Below are positions 1 through 11,125 of a stretch of DNA of 64,000 nucleotides, one piece after another. The stretch is taken from contig JBCCQQ010000001.1 of the NCBI GenBank assembly GCA_039024555.1, positions 1 through 64,000 of the forward strand. The letters are read 5' to 3'. The notes beneath the pieces were generated by a model. It had not been told where the DNA came from and did no database searches. It saw nothing but the letters and a program-made list of their open reading frames with translations. The position numbers and the translations under genes are program-made. Each line of letters opens with the position of its first letter. Position 1 is the stretch's first letter. The DNA comes from Cyanobacteria bacterium P01_D01_bin.156 (GTDB lineage Bacteria; Cyanobacteriota; Cyanobacteriia; Phormidesmidales; Phormidesmidaceae).

Positions 1-3000
1 CTCAGCAATAATCGATTCACTAAATTACCAGCTGAAATTGCACAGCTTCGAAATTTAACAGATCTGAATCTTAATGAAAATATATTAGATATATTGCCTT
101 CTGAAATAAGTGAATTACAGTATTTACTAAATTTGGAAATTCGCCGTAATCAATTTACTAAATTACCAACTGAAATATTTAGACTTAAGAACTTAGAAAG
201 GTTAGACGTTTATTGGAATAGGCTAACAACTGTATCTGAGGAAATTTATCAACTTCAAAAGCTAAAGTATTTAAATCTTAGTGAAAATCAAATCACTAAG
301 ATTCCCGATGAGATTTTTCAATTGAAAAGTTTAGTTAAACTTGAACTTCAGAAGAATAGTCTTTCTCAAATTCCAATTGAAATTGATCGTCTACCAAACT
401 TAAAGAGCTTAAATATAAGTAATAACAAGTTACGAAAACTACCTTCTAGTCTATGTAAATTAGAAAGGTTAGTTAAGTTAGACTTACAAAAAAATAGCCT
501 TAATAAATTACCTCCTGAAATTATCCGCCTTCAGAGTCTGAATCGATTAAATCTAAGTGAGAATTATTTTCCTAAATTACCGTTTGAAATCACTCAATTA
601 CAGAGCCTAAAAGAGCTTTATTTTAGTAAAAATAGCCTAGAGAACTTACCTGCTCAAATTGCTCACCTGATAAGTCTAAAAAAGTTAGATATTCAAGAGA
701 ATCAGATTACTGAATTTTCAACTCAAATTACGCAACTACGTAAGCTACAGTGGCTAGATATAAGTTCTAACCACATCAGCACTTTACCTGATACGATTTC
801 TCGGATGCAAAGCCTGCATTTTTTATATATTAACAGTAATAAATTAATTAATTTACCTGCTGGAGTTTCTCAACTACAAAACTTAAAGGAATTAGAGTTT
901 AGTAATAATTGTCTTGTTTCTCTGCCGCCTGAGATAACTCAATTACATCATTTAAATATATTAGACTTTAAAAATAATCCATTTACTGAGCTACCCCCAG
1001 AGGTTGTTACACAAGGTCAACAGGCACTTCTTCGTTATTTACGAGAACAGCTTGAAGCTGGAGATCGTCAGTGGATCTCTAAATTACTTGTTGTCGGGGA
1101 AGGTGGTGTTGGAAAAACTTCTCTCTTAAGAGCACTCCGAGGAGAGTCATTTAATACTGAGGAGTCAACTACTCATGGTATTGATATTACTCAAATATCG
1201 CTACCGCACCCTAAACTGGATGAAGTCACTATGCAACTTAATGCTTGGGACTTCGGTGGCCAAGAAATTTATCATGCCACTCATCAGTTTTTTCTCACCA
1301 ACCGTTCATTGTATGTACTCGCCTGGAATGCGCGTCATGGCTTTGAACAGGGTAGACTCTTCTATTGGCTCAAAACAATTCGTGCTAATGCGCCAGAGTC
1401 ACCTATTCTACTAGTTGCTACATGGATCGATGAACGAGATGCTGATTTGCCATTGAATGAAATCAAAAAAAAGTTTCCTCGCGTGATTGGCCAGTGCGAA
1501 ATCAGTAATAAGACAGGAAAAGGTATCGATTCTTTACGTCAGGTAATTAGTGATGCTGCTATTAACCTACCTTTAATGGGTGAAAAATGGCCCAAGACTT
1601 GGCTTACCTTTGCTAAATTGGTTCGTTCTAGCTCCATCAAACATACTACACCTCAGAGATTTTGGAGTATCATGGCTCAGTGTAAAGTCAAGAGAGGTAG
1701 TTATGTTGTTCTCGCTAGATGGTTACATGAGTTAGGGGACATTTTGTTTTTTTTAGATAATCCGGAGTTAAGAGACTTAGTTATTCTTAAGCCTCAGTGG
1801 GTTACTGAATATATAAGTTATGTACTTGAGTCTGATGATGTTATCCGTAAAAATGGGATTTTTAGTCGTGAATGTATGGATCAGCTTTGGGATGATATTC
1901 GTCCTGAATTAAGACAACATTTTTTACGCTTAATGGAACGATTTGATCTCTCATATAGGATCCCAGATGACGTAGGTGACTTAGGAGATATGAGTTTAGT
2001 CGTTGAACGTCTTCCCTATGAAGAGCCTAACTGTGATGAGCTTTGGGAAGCTATTAATCAACAACCTAACTGTAAAGAGATTTCCATGCGTTTTCAATTA
2101 AGTGAAATTCTCCCTGGTATTCCAACTTGGTTTATTGCACGTCAACACCGCTTTAGTCTTAATCTTCACTGGCGTACTGGTGCTCTTTTTACTTATGGAC
2201 CTGAAAAAAAACATCTTGGTTTAGTCAAAATTGAGAATGATGATAAAACTAATGCCAAATATTTAGAGCTCACAGTACGTGGCCCTGTTCCTCACAACTT
2301 TTTTGACTTACTCAAAGAAGGAATTGAAGTTACATTACGTCGTTACCCTGGTCTTCAAATCACGCGGCTACTCCCTTGTCCTAATCGCTATAAGGATGGC
2401 TGTAATTATGAATTTGATTATGCAAATCTTAGTAAGAGATTGGAGCGAAATCCACCTAAAGAAGACATTGAATGCCCTAATTGTGTAGAAAATATTTCGG
2501 TTACACAATTATTGTTTGGCTTGCATTACACAACTCAAGATGCAGTTCTTTATCGTCTTGATAAACTCGATGAATCAATGCAAACTAGTTTTCAAGAACT
2601 CCGTGAACTTCTCCAGCGTGAGTTCCTCCGAAAATTTCGTGAGGAGCAACAATTTCCCGAATCTTACTGTCCTAGCGTATTTTCTCTACGCCCCGCACCA
2701 CCGGCACGTTGGCGCGAGCTTCGGGCTTGGACATCAATAGCTTCTGCAAGTATGACTTTGCAACTATATTGTCAATATCCTGGTCAATGGCATCCTACTG
2801 AAACAGGAGGCACATATTCTATGACTACACCTATTAAATGGCTACGGATTTTGGCTCCTCATATTCGGGGGCTGGTTAAAGTAATGAAATATGCTGCTCC
2901 CTTGATAAGCCCTGTTCTTGGTGTCAGTGTATCTGATCTAGATGAGGCAGTTGAAGCTGATGTTCAACTTATGACTGCACTTATCGAAAAACTTCCAGAT

Positions 3001-3216
3001 GGCAAATCGGCTGAAGCTTTAATTGCACCGGAAGATGACTATGAGCTAGAGCGTCTTAGTGGCGCACCACTTCGCGCTCTACGATATTTCCTTGATAAGC
3101 AGGATCCGCAACAACACTGGGGCGGGCTAAAAAGAGTACTGACCCCAGAAGGCGATTATCTCTGGCTATGTGAAAAACATGCTGAAGAATATGCTTCTTC
3201 ATACAAGCGAAAATAA
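1..3216 (+). CDS. LRR-Roc-COR (Roco family) GTPase, 5'-truncated by the window edge
   Basis: Frame is open from base 1 (LSNNRFTKLPAEIAQL...). Many 23-aa LRRs, Roc P-loop GEGGVGKTS, WDFGGQEIYHATHQFF, COR-type WLHELGDILFF and LMERFDL segments. Confidence 0.93.
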   Translation, partial: LSNNRFTKLPAEIAQLRNLTDLNLNENILDILPSEISELQYLLNLEIRRNQFTKLPTEIFRLKNLERLDVYWNRLTTVSEEIYQLQKLKYLNLSENQITKIPDEIFQLKSLVKLELQKNSLSQIPIEIDRLPNLKSLNISNNKLRKLPSSLCKLERLVKLDLQKNSLNKLPPEIIRLQSLNRLNLSENYFPKLPFEITQLQSLKELYFSKNSLENLPAQIAHLISLKKLDIQENQITEFSTQITQLRKLQWLDISSNHISTLPDTISRMQSLHFLYINSNKLINLPAGVSQLQNLKELEFSNNCLVSLPPEITQLHHLNILDFKNNPFTELPPEVVTQGQQALLRYLREQLEAGDRQWISKLLVVGEGGVGKTSLLRALRGESFNTEESTTHGIDITQISLPHPKLDEVTMQLNAWDFGGQEIYHATHQFFLTNRSLYVLAWNARHGFEQGRLFYWLKTIRANAPESPILLVATWIDERDADLPLNEIKKKFPRVIGQCEISNKTGKGIDSLRQVISDAAINLPLMGEKWPKTWLTFAKLVRSSSIKHTTPQRFWSIMAQCKVKRGSYVVLARWLHELGDILFFLDNPELRDLVILKPQWVTEYISYVLESDDVIRKNGIFSRECMDQLWDDIRPELRQHFLRLMERFDLSYRIPDDVGDLGDMSLVVERLPYEEPNCDELWEAINQQPNCKEISMRFQLSEILPGIPTWFIARQHRFSLNLHWRTGALFTYGPEKKHLGLVKIENDDKTNAKYLELTVRGPVPHNFFDLLKEGIEVTLRRYPGLQITRLLPCPNRYKDGCNYEFDYANLSKRLERNPPKEDIECPNCVENISVTQLLFGLHYTTQDAVLYRLDKLDESMQTSFQELRELLQREFLRKFREEQQFPESYCPSVFSLRPAPPARWRELRAWTSIASASMTLQLYCQYPGQWHPTETGGTYSMTTPIKWLRILAPHIRGLVKVMKYAAPLISPVLGVSVSDLDEAVEADVQLMTALIEKLPDGKSAEALIAPEDDYELERLSGAPLRALRYFLDKQDPQQHWGGLKRVLTPEGDYLWLCEKHAEEYASSYKRK

Positions 3217-4244
3217 ATCTCTATAAATTAATCAGAGCATCCCAACACATTTTGGGAAGGCGCTTGTCACTTAGAAAATGAGTAGAGCTATTGCGAAGAT
3301 AGATACATAAAATGGCTTAAACCCTTTTCACTTGTCACATAACTTGATTTCGAAAGATTGTTCAATCGCGTGCACTACTGTTCTGAAAAGTCCTCAGCAG
3401 AAATTGCTTTACCTATCATTGATATGTGTAAATATTCAATGTGCCAGTTGATAAGGCGGAATGTTGGTCTATCCATAGAGAATTCCAGTAAGGTTACATT
3501 GACTGGCGTAGCTGAAAGGTTCAAGTTCAACTAACTAACCGGGTAACTAAATAGGAGCAATCTTGTTTAATTACCTTTGAATCATAGGCATGCAGACTCC
3601 TCACTCGTTGGCTGTTTCATCACCACCATAAGTTTGAGGTGCTACTGAGAACATAAAGAGTGCATCACCAGCAAGGGTTTCAACGATTTCTCAAAGCCCG
3701 TGGAAGGTCAAAATCGCTGAAACTGTTAATTTCCTGTAGAGTTCTGTTCAATCACCCTGGCTTTTGATGCTGTTCACTCTTTCCAGCTTAGGCTTTTACT
3801 TTTTTGAACAAGCTCTGTTTCCCTTTTCAGGGAAGCTGGCAAGTCATAAGCCTTCATTTGGCATATCCAGAATATGCAGCTGTCACAAGGAATTAGGGGC
3901 TTAGGCATTTTCTCAAAAAACTATACCGGTTAAAGGCTCTCCTAGCCCCCCAGTTCTGGAGGACATAAGACTCAAAGCCCCCAGGATTGGGGAAACTCCA
4001 CTGCGCCTAACTGAGATGTCGTGGTTGTTTCCAGCTGAAGGGCCTGGACAACTAGTAGTTTTTTTTTCAGAAATGTCCTTATCATCGATTGATCAGACAG
4101 CCAAGGCTTAGAGACTCAAGTCCAGCCTATTAATCAAACAAATACATAGGAATGTTCTTGTTTGAGTCGCTTTTGAATCGGGGATTTTCAAGCTTCTCAC
4201 TTGGGTGCTTTTTATCACCGAAGTAATACTTAAACATATAGAAC

Positions 4245-7200
4245 ATGATTAACTTCTCGATTGTTAATGCCTGGGACAGTGGTTTTACAGGTAGTCTATC
4301 GATTACAAACTCAGGATCAACAGCGATCGACGGTTGGTCCATCGAGTTTGATGCGCCATTTGAAATTACAAATCTTTGGAACGGTGAAATCATCAGCCAA
4401 AACGGAGACCGCTATGTAATTCAAAATGCTGCCTGGAATTCAACAATCCAGCCTGGTGAGATAATCACATTCGGCTTTAACGGCACTAACACCAGCGGAA
4501 TGACGCTTGAGCCGACAAATTATCAACTCAACGGCACTAACATTCAAGTCGATCCAGTTATGCCAATGGATCCCGGTAACGAGCATAACGGCGATCACAA
4601 CCATGGCGGTGAACACAATCATGATGAGGCACCCCTACCCGACAATATCGACACGGAACCGCTGGCAGAGGGAGGACAAACCTTCTATAGCGATGGGTCA
4701 ACCCAACGCATAACCAACTTTGACCCATATAAGGATAAAGTCGACATCGGAACAGATTCTATCCACAATCAAATTCCGATTGACACTCCAGATGGCCTGG
4801 TGTTCCAAAATATGTTTAACCCCAGCCGCTCCCTGACGCTGGTGGGTATCAAGCTTGAGGATCTCAGAGCAGAAAACTTTAACCCCATTGCGGATGCTCA
4901 CCTCCAACAAGACCTTAGTGCTGCCCTAGCCTGGGAAAATGGGACAGGTTATGTGAGAGCAAATACTGTCTATATTCGCTCCCACGAGGAAGGTCTACAA
5001 GAGTTTGTTGACTTTAACCCCGCTACTGACAAAATTAGCTTTTTCTACCTCAGCGTACGCGGCGATAATCAACTTAACTTTTCAGTCGAACAAACTGACC
5101 AAGGTGTACGGTTCTATAGCCCAATTACTCAACAAAGTATCACCCTCAACGGGATTCAGTTCTCCGACTTGAATAGCTCACACTTTGAGTGGAGAGCCAA
5201 TCAGCTTGAGGATAATATCGCAGGACGCATGGGGCTATCAGACAAAATAGCTAACTTCAACATTATTAGTGACAATGTGTTCAGCGGTAAGAGTGTCCCC
5301 ATGGCAGGGTTAGTGGACAGGGCACCCTATCACAACAATCCTGATTACACAGGCACTAGAATCGGCTCTAATTCTGATCCACTTGATCCTGTTGTTCCAG
5401 TCGAGCCTGTTGAACCGGTCGATCCAGTTGAGCAGCCTGGCAACCAGGATAACCATGGGGATGACCATAATCACGGTGGGGAACACAACCATGGCGAGGA
5501 ACACAATCATGGTGGTGAGCATAACCACGACGGTGAACACAATCACGATGAAGAACCCTTACCCGACAATGTCAATACAGAACCATTGGCAGAGGGAGGG
5601 CAAACCTTCTATAGCGATGGGTCAACTCAACGCATAACCAACTTTGACCCATATAAGGACAAAGTCGATATCGGAACAGATTCTATCCACAATCAAATTC
5701 CGATTGACACCCCAGAGGGCCTGGTGTTCCAAAATATGTTTAACCCCAGCCGCTCCCTAACGCTGGTGGGGATTAATCTTGAGGACCTTAGGGCAGAAAA
5801 CTTTAACCCCATTGCGGATGCTCACCTCCAGCAAGACCTCAGTGCGGCGCTAGCTTGGGAAAATGGGACAGGTTATGTCAGAGCAAATACCATCTACATT
5901 CGCTCCCACGAAGAAGGGCTACAAGAGTTTGTTGACTTTAATCCCGCTACTGACACAATTAGCTTTTTCTACCTCAGCGTACGCGGCGATAATCAGCTCA
6001 ACTTTTCAGTCGAACAAACTGACCAAGGCGTACGATTCTATAGCCCGATTACTCAACAAAGTATCACCCTCAATGGTATTCAGTTTTCCGACTTGAATAG
6101 CTCACACTTTGAGTGGAGAGCCAACCAGCTGGAGGATAATATCGCAGGACGGATGGGGTTATCGGATAAAATCGCCAACTTTAACATTGTTAGTGACAAT
6201 GTCTTCAGCGGTAAGAGTGTCCCCATGGCAGGGTTAGTGGATAGAGCTCCCTATCACAACAATCCTGATTACACAGGCACCAGAATCGGCTCTAATCCTG
6301 ATCCAGTTGACCCTGTTGATCCACTTGACCCCATTGATCCAGTCGAGCCAGTTGAACCAGTCGATCCGGTCGATCCAGTCACTCCCACTGACCCCATATC
6401 TACTAATTCAAATACAAAAGTCGATTTTGATATTATCAACGACTGGGGTAGCGGATATCAGGGTGAAATCAAAATCATTAATGACGATGCTAGCTCACTG
6501 AATAATTGGACGATTGAGTTTGAATTTTCTGGACAAATATCTCAGATTTGGAATGCGCAAATTGTTAGTCAAAATGGCAACAATTATGTCATTAGCAATG
6601 AGCCCTACAACGGGACAATCGCTCCCGGCCAGCAAGTCTCTTTTGGCTTCCTAGGAGAAGGTTCAACGTCTATATTACCTGACGTCTTTACACTAAACGG
6701 CAGCGTTGTCGGTTCAATGGGGTCTACTGACTTACAGGAAGTGGACATGTCCATTTTTGATGATATGGACGACAGCGACTCCAACCCAGCTGAGACGGAT
6801 GGTCAAGGTTCGCCAGTCTCAGAAGTATCTGTTCCCGTCAATGAAGAACTTCTCCCTGAACCCGATTTTGTTGGAACCCAAGACAACGATGTGATTAAAG
6901 GAGACAACAACAACAATTTCATTCTTGGCTTGGACGGCAATGATCGCATCAAGGCCCGCAAAGGAGATGACATAGTCGATGGCGGTCTAGGGAAGGATCG
7001 TCTGTGGGGGAATAATGGTGATGACACTCTAATGGGAGACGAAGGAAACGACATCCTAAGGGGCGGTCGTGGCTCCGATCATCTTTTAGGTGGTTTAGGC
7101 AACGACATTCTCATCGGTAGTGGTTACTTCCGCCAAGGAGACAACTCTAGTGATGTAGATACCTACACTGGAGGTCAAGGTAAAGACAAGTTTATTCTTG

Positions 7201-7451
7201 GCAATCGTAACCACGCTTTCTATAGGCTAGGTGGAGACGAAGACTATGCACTGATTACAGACTTAAATACGTCGGAAGGAGACAGGATTCAACTCAGTGC
7301 TCAGTTTAGCTATAGTCTCGGCACAGCTCCTGAAGGCACTGCCAATGGTCAGGGGCTATTTGTTGAGAAAAATAATGCTCAAGAGCTGATCGCTATCATT
7401 CAATCAGATAAAGACCTGACTCTAGCAGATAGTACCTTTATCTTCTCGTAG
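4245..7451 (+). CDS. Secreted protein with two CBM2 cellulose/chitin-binding domains, a duplicated internal domain, His-rich linkers and C-terminal RTX Ca-binding repeats
   Basis: CBM2 signatures (W-x-SGF/Y, W-x-IEF, WNG/WNA, FGF) at the N-terminus and near aa 725-820. GGxGxDxLxG nonapeptides near the C-terminus. PVDPV linkers. Confidence 0.88.
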   Translation: MINFSIVNAWDSGFTGSLSITNSGSTAIDGWSIEFDAPFEITNLWNGEIISQNGDRYVIQNAAWNSTIQPGEIITFGFNGTNTSGMTLEPTNYQLNGTNIQVDPVMPMDPGNEHNGDHNHGGEHNHDEAPLPDNIDTEPLAEGGQTFYSDGSTQRITNFDPYKDKVDIGTDSIHNQIPIDTPDGLVFQNMFNPSRSLTLVGIKLEDLRAENFNPIADAHLQQDLSAALAWENGTGYVRANTVYIRSHEEGLQEFVDFNPATDKISFFYLSVRGDNQLNFSVEQTDQGVRFYSPITQQSITLNGIQFSDLNSSHFEWRANQLEDNIAGRMGLSDKIANFNIISDNVFSGKSVPMAGLVDRAPYHNNPDYTGTRIGSNSDPLDPVVPVEPVEPVDPVEQPGNQDNHGDDHNHGGEHNHGEEHNHGGEHNHDGEHNHDEEPLPDNVNTEPLAEGGQTFYSDGSTQRITNFDPYKDKVDIGTDSIHNQIPIDTPEGLVFQNMFNPSRSLTLVGINLEDLRAENFNPIADAHLQQDLSAALAWENGTGYVRANTIYIRSHEEGLQEFVDFNPATDTISFFYLSVRGDNQLNFSVEQTDQGVRFYSPITQQSITLNGIQFSDLNSSHFEWRANQLEDNIAGRMGLSDKIANFNIVSDNVFSGKSVPMAGLVDRAPYHNNPDYTGTRIGSNPDPVDPVDPLDPIDPVEPVEPVDPVDPVTPTDPISTNSNTKVDFDIINDWGSGYQGEIKIINDDASSLNNWTIEFEFSGQISQIWNAQIVSQNGNNYVISNEPYNGTIAPGQQVSFGFLGEGSTSILPDVFTLNGSVVGSMGSTDLQEVDMSIFDDMDDSDSNPAETDGQGSPVSEVSVPVNEELLPEPDFVGTQDNDVIKGDNNNNFILGLDGNDRIKARKGDDIVDGGLGKDRLWGNNGDDTLMGDEGNDILRGGRGSDHLLGGLGNDILIGSGYFRQGDNSSDVDTYTGGQGKDKFILGNRNHAFYRLGGDEDYALITDLNTSEGDRIQLSAQFSYSLGTAPEGTANGQGLFVEKNNAQELIAIIQSDKDLTLADSTFIFS
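4590..6305 (+). repeat. Intragenic tandem duplication with a 924-nt (308-aa) period
   Basis: The EPLAEGGQTFYSDG codons start at 4656 and 5580. The two copies are near-identical through YTGTRIGSN. Confidence 0.95.
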
Positions 7452-7463
7452 GTCAAGCTCATG

Positions 7464-7505
7464 TTAGCCTCCCTAATGAGATTTATTTTTTGTTGGGGAG
7501 GCTAA
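7464..7505 (+). terminator. Stem-loop, probable terminator downstream of the CBM2/RTX gene
   Basis: Inverted repeat TTAGCCTCCC...GGGAGGCTAA just after the stop codon. Confidence 0.55.
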
Positions 7506-7745
7506 AGCCAGGGCATCAGATGCTCAAAAAACCTTACATCGCTTCAAAACTAAAGCAATTTAGCTCCGCTCAAATGAGCATGATCAAAGCTCCTAGATTC
7601 AAATCTCCCCACTACTTGAGCCACTACCTCAGTGTCGATTAGCTTTAGGATTCGCATCAGCTAAATGGACCAATTATCGTTTTCAAAATTCCACAAAATC
7701 AAGCCAGACTGCAGGCCAGCTCTTTTTCAATGCTTTTAGAATTAA

Positions 7746-7792
7746 CTGGGGCGGTAGGATTCGAACCTACGAATGACGGGACCAAAACCCGT
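7746..7792 (-). tRNA. 3' fragment of tRNA-Gln(UUG), integrase attachment-site core (not an intact tRNA)
   Basis: Minus strand reads ACGGGTTTTGGTCCCGTCATTCGTAGGTTCGAATCCTACCGCCCCAG: anticodon arm with TTG, T-arm GGTTCGAATCC and acceptor 3' strand. The D-arm and 5' strand are missing. It lies about 135 bp from an integrase gene. Confidence 0.9.
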
Positions 7793-7904
7793 TTTAATAG
7801 CTACGGCATACTAAGGCTTTCCACTATTCATCGTTGAAAATGATTGATATATAATAATGAGCGTTTGTACTATCTGCCGCTCTTGTATGCTATTCGCTGA
7901 AGTT

Positions 7905-7926
7905 TTGCGGCAAAGTTGCGGCAAAG
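7905..7926 (+). repeat. Tandem 11-bp direct repeat (TTGCGGCAAAG x2), putative integrase arm-type sites
   Basis: Exact tandem copies between the att core and the integrase ATG at 7928. Confidence 0.6.
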
Positions 7927-7927
7927 T

Positions 7928-9025
7928 ATGGCAAAAACTTTTGATTGTGATGCAGAGCTTGGAAAGCTGAATGGGGCCCTTAAAGCAGCCAGTGCAGGCG
8001 TGGCTGTGAAGCGGATCGGCCAAAGGCTTTACTTGAGAGCAACCCTTCCTCCAAAACCTGGTAGTAATCAGATCAAGCCACGATCTCAACGGATCAAGCT
8101 TTCGGTCTATGCAAACCCTGCAGGATTAAGAACTGCCAAAAAACGAGCCTTTGAACTCAGTAATGACATAGCTTCCCAGACGTTTGAATGGGCTAATTGG
8201 GCAGATGGGAAAGGCTCCGATCGTACAGTTGCAGATTGGATAGCGGATTTTGAGAAGGATTATTTCACCAGACGCAAGCGTAATCCCAAAAGCCAAACTA
8301 CTTGGGACAAAGATTATCGCGATCCGCTGCGAAAGCTATCGCAAAAAGCAGTCTTGACAGCTGAGCTATTAGTAAATGCTGCAGAATCCTTTGCTCCAGA
8401 TACACGAGCAAGGAAACGAGCTGTCGATGCCTATACGGCTATTGCTAAATTTATGAAACTTGATGTGGACCTCAAGCCACTACGGGGAAAATATAGCCCT
8501 AAAGCAGTTAGTCCAAGGGATTTACCATCGGATGAAGTAGTTATTGAATGGGTGGCTAAGATACCTGATCCAGAATGGCGAACTTTTTATTGCTTAGTAG
8601 CCACCTATGGCCTGCGAAACCATGAATGTTGGTATGTAGATTTAGAACGTCTCAAAACTGATCCTATTGCTATAGTCACCGAGGGCAAAACTGGCCCCAG
8701 GTTGGCATTGCCAGTGCCTAAAGCATGGTGGTCAAGGTGGTTCGAGGGACGAACTCTATCTTTGCCAAAACTTACAACTAGATGTAATCGTGATTATGGT
8801 GTTCGAAGCTCCCAATACTTCTATCGTCTTAAAAATCGTGAGGGATTTCCATTTACGATCTATACCCTGCGACATGCCCAAGCTGCTCGCATGGCCCTAG
8901 CTGGTATAGACCTTGCGTTTGCAGCAAAGTCACAGGGGCATAGTGCAAAAGTCCATGAAGGAATTTATCTCAACTTTTTAGATCGCAGCCATTTTGAGCA
9001 AGTGCTTGATGGACTTCAGGAATAA
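7928..9025 (+). CDS. int: Tyrosine recombinase / phage integrase (cyanobacterial type)
   Basis: N-terminal arm-binding region LYLRATLPPKPG. Catalytic motifs YGLRNHE (R), EGKTG (K), YTLRHAQA (R), GHS and HEGIY. Probable start is ATG 7928. Confidence 0.93.
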   Translation: MAKTFDCDAELGKLNGALKAASAGVAVKRIGQRLYLRATLPPKPGSNQIKPRSQRIKLSVYANPAGLRTAKKRAFELSNDIASQTFEWANWADGKGSDRTVADWIADFEKDYFTRRKRNPKSQTTWDKDYRDPLRKLSQKAVLTAELLVNAAESFAPDTRARKRAVDAYTAIAKFMKLDVDLKPLRGKYSPKAVSPRDLPSDEVVIEWVAKIPDPEWRTFYCLVATYGLRNHECWYVDLERLKTDPIAIVTEGKTGPRLALPVPKAWWSRWFEGRTLSLPKLTTRCNRDYGVRSSQYFYRLKNREGFPFTIYTLRHAQAARMALAGIDLAFAAKSQGHSAKVHEGIYLNFLDRSHFEQVLDGLQE

Positions 9026-9333
9026 CGCTTACGCTGACCAGGAGGCAAAGCATAGAGTTTTTTCAAGGTAGACAGTTTCACTGCGTATTTGGGTTTAGAG
9101 CCGTTACTTGTATCAACGTAATGAGTGCCATGTTCCATGACACCAGCTTTGATGTCTTCGGCAAGCTTCCGTGGGCTGAAGGCTGGCCCTAACTCCTTGG
9201 CAGCAGCAGTCAGGGTAATCCATTGATCTGATTGTTTTTCTGTCCTTAGCTCTTCAACCTCTTTTAGGATAGCTACCATGAGTTTCTGTTGAGCCTGAAG
9301 TGCATCGGTCAGGATTTTCAGTACATCTGACAT
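9016..9333 (-). CDS. Excisionase-like winged-HTH protein
   Basis: ATG 9333 preceded by GGGAGG. WITLTAAAKELG helix-turn-helix and G-x-HY wing. Convergent with and overlapping the integrase gene. Confidence 0.65.
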   Translation of the reverse strand: MSDVLKILTDALQAQQKLMVAILKEVEELRTEKQSDQWITLTAAAKELGPAFSPRKLAEDIKAGVMEHGTHYVDTSNGSKPKYAVKLSTLKKLYALPPGQRKRYS

Positions 9334-9343
9334 GCCTACCTCC

Positions 9344-10858
9344 CTAATCCTCATCCCAAGATGGATCTTGACTACAATCTGTTTGCTGATCCAGATAATC
9401 TGCTGAGCCACCCTGTGTGATGTCGTGCTCATCTAAAAATGACTGTTGAATGGGTAGATCAGTCTCTTCTGGTTCCGCTGATTCATCTGGCAATTGGTCC
9501 TGATGGTTTTCTTCCAAAGATGGTGTCTCAGGTTGTCTAGGTTGACTGTCATTTGCCAAAGTGTCTGTGTAATAAGGGTTTTCGGCATTGCCAACCTCTT
9601 GAACTTCTAAGTCTAAGGATGACTTCAGACCTTCCTCTGATTCAGTAGATGTCTCAAGAAGATTGGGGGCTATCCAGGTGCGTTGTTGCTTGCCTTGAAT
9701 TGTTTGTCGTTTACTTTCCCACCCACAGTATTTGAGACATTTGGCAACCCGCATTTGTTCTCTACGAGTCTGCTGGGCTAGCTCTATTCCTAAGCAGTCA
9801 TTCAGAATGTCAGTTGCGGTTACAACAGTTATCTGATTTTGAGCCAGGTAGGTTTCGATTTTTGATTGCCAGGGGTCAGAACTTAGGTAATCTTTAACCA
9901 AAATTTGTGCCTGATTCTCTTCTTCTGGCTTCAGCCACCATTGCTCCTTGGCTTTATATAGAGCAATAGCAGCACCCCAGATGAGATCGCGCTCCTGCTT
10001 TAATCGTTCAAGATCGATCGGATGTTGTACTGGAATCACCCAAAAACGGCGGTTTCCAGTTGGATCACTGAGAAATTCATCTTGGTTAGTGGTACCGACA
10101 ATAATGGACCTGCGTGGCATCGTCTCAGTCTGTCTACCGTAAGGAGGACGAACTACATCCACACTAGAACTCAGAAAATTTTTGGTATTTGATACATCTT
10201 TTCGCTTGAATACGCTTTCAAGTTCCGCCCACTCCGCAAACCATGTTTGGTGGAGTTTAAGTTTCTCATCCTTGTCGGAAATTGCTCCTAATGAATCGTC
10301 AAAATATTCAGGACCTGCCAGTACTTTGAAAAAACTAGACTTACGAAAGCCCTGCTCCCCTTGCAAAATAAGGGCCGTATCAACTTTACAACCCGGTTCT
10401 AGGATACGAGCAACGGCTGCAATTAGGGTTCGTTTCAGAAACGTGTTGTAAATAGGTTCATCACAGTCAAAATATTTCTGCGCCAGCGTATCTAAGATCT
10501 CGGTATCTGAATATTGTTCAGAGCAATATGCCAAATACTCTTCGATGGGATGATACTGACGGGACTCTACGAGATATTGGAGGACCAGCTCTAGATTATG
10601 CACACTGATATTCAGGTTTTCTTCAACAGCCAGTTTGACTTTCAGATGGCCGAGCTTAATAGGTTGACCGTCTAGTTCGATTTCCCGAGTCAAGGCATTA
10701 AGACGTAATCTTTCACCCCATAATTCTTCAATTTGGTTATACGCCTCTTTGAAAGAATTAGGCTTTTCGTTGTTCGTCTTTATTTCCTCTGATGAGTTTA
10801 TTTCATCCTTGTTGTGAGAATCGTCTGATTCATGATTTCGATTATTAGGATTATTCAT
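9344..10858 (-). CDS. VapE (virulence-associated E) family P-loop helicase
   Basis: LRLNALTREIE, HPIEEYL, PGCKVDTALILQGEQGFRKS (Walker A), RPPYGR, GTTNQDEFLSDPTGNRRFW. No primase domain is fused. Confidence 0.9.
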   Translation of the reverse strand: MNNPNNRNHESDDSHNKDEINSSEEIKTNNEKPNSFKEAYNQIEELWGERLRLNALTREIELDGQPIKLGHLKVKLAVEENLNISVHNLELVLQYLVESRQYHPIEEYLAYCSEQYSDTEILDTLAQKYFDCDEPIYNTFLKRTLIAAVARILEPGCKVDTALILQGEQGFRKSSFFKVLAGPEYFDDSLGAISDKDEKLKLHQTWFAEWAELESVFKRKDVSNTKNFLSSSVDVVRPPYGRQTETMPRRSIIVGTTNQDEFLSDPTGNRRFWVIPVQHPIDLERLKQERDLIWGAAIALYKAKEQWWLKPEEENQAQILVKDYLSSDPWQSKIETYLAQNQITVVTATDILNDCLGIELAQQTRREQMRVAKCLKYCGWESKRQTIQGKQQRTWIAPNLLETSTESEEGLKSSLDLEVQEVGNAENPYYTDTLANDSQPRQPETPSLEENHQDQLPDESAEPEETDLPIQQSFLDEHDITQGGSADYLDQQTDCSQDPSWDED

Positions 10859-11125
10859 CACATTTTCCTGCTGTGTGACTTGAAAGGCATTTACAGCAAG
10901 CACTTATGGGATAAGTGATGGATGAATTTGGGGACAAGAACAGCCCACATCAAATACGGATGGAGGCTGTATGTAAACAAAGGTATACCTACAGAACTTT
11001 ATAGCTGCAGAACCTTGTCGTTCCCGGAAACCTATGTTTAAAATAGGGGTAGCAAAATTTGAGCTGACTGTTTACGGTCAACTCTCTCATCCATTACATA
11101 ACGCACTACACCGAAGTGCTTGCGG

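Noticed and set aside
3930..4130. CCCCCAG..TGGGG and AGACTCAA short repeats
   Set aside because: They look like degenerate cyanobacterial intergenic repeats, too decayed to delimit or interpret.
7746..7820. Intact tRNA-Gln gene
   Set aside because: The sequence 5' of the anticodon arm (minus strand) lacks a D-arm and the acceptor 5' strand.
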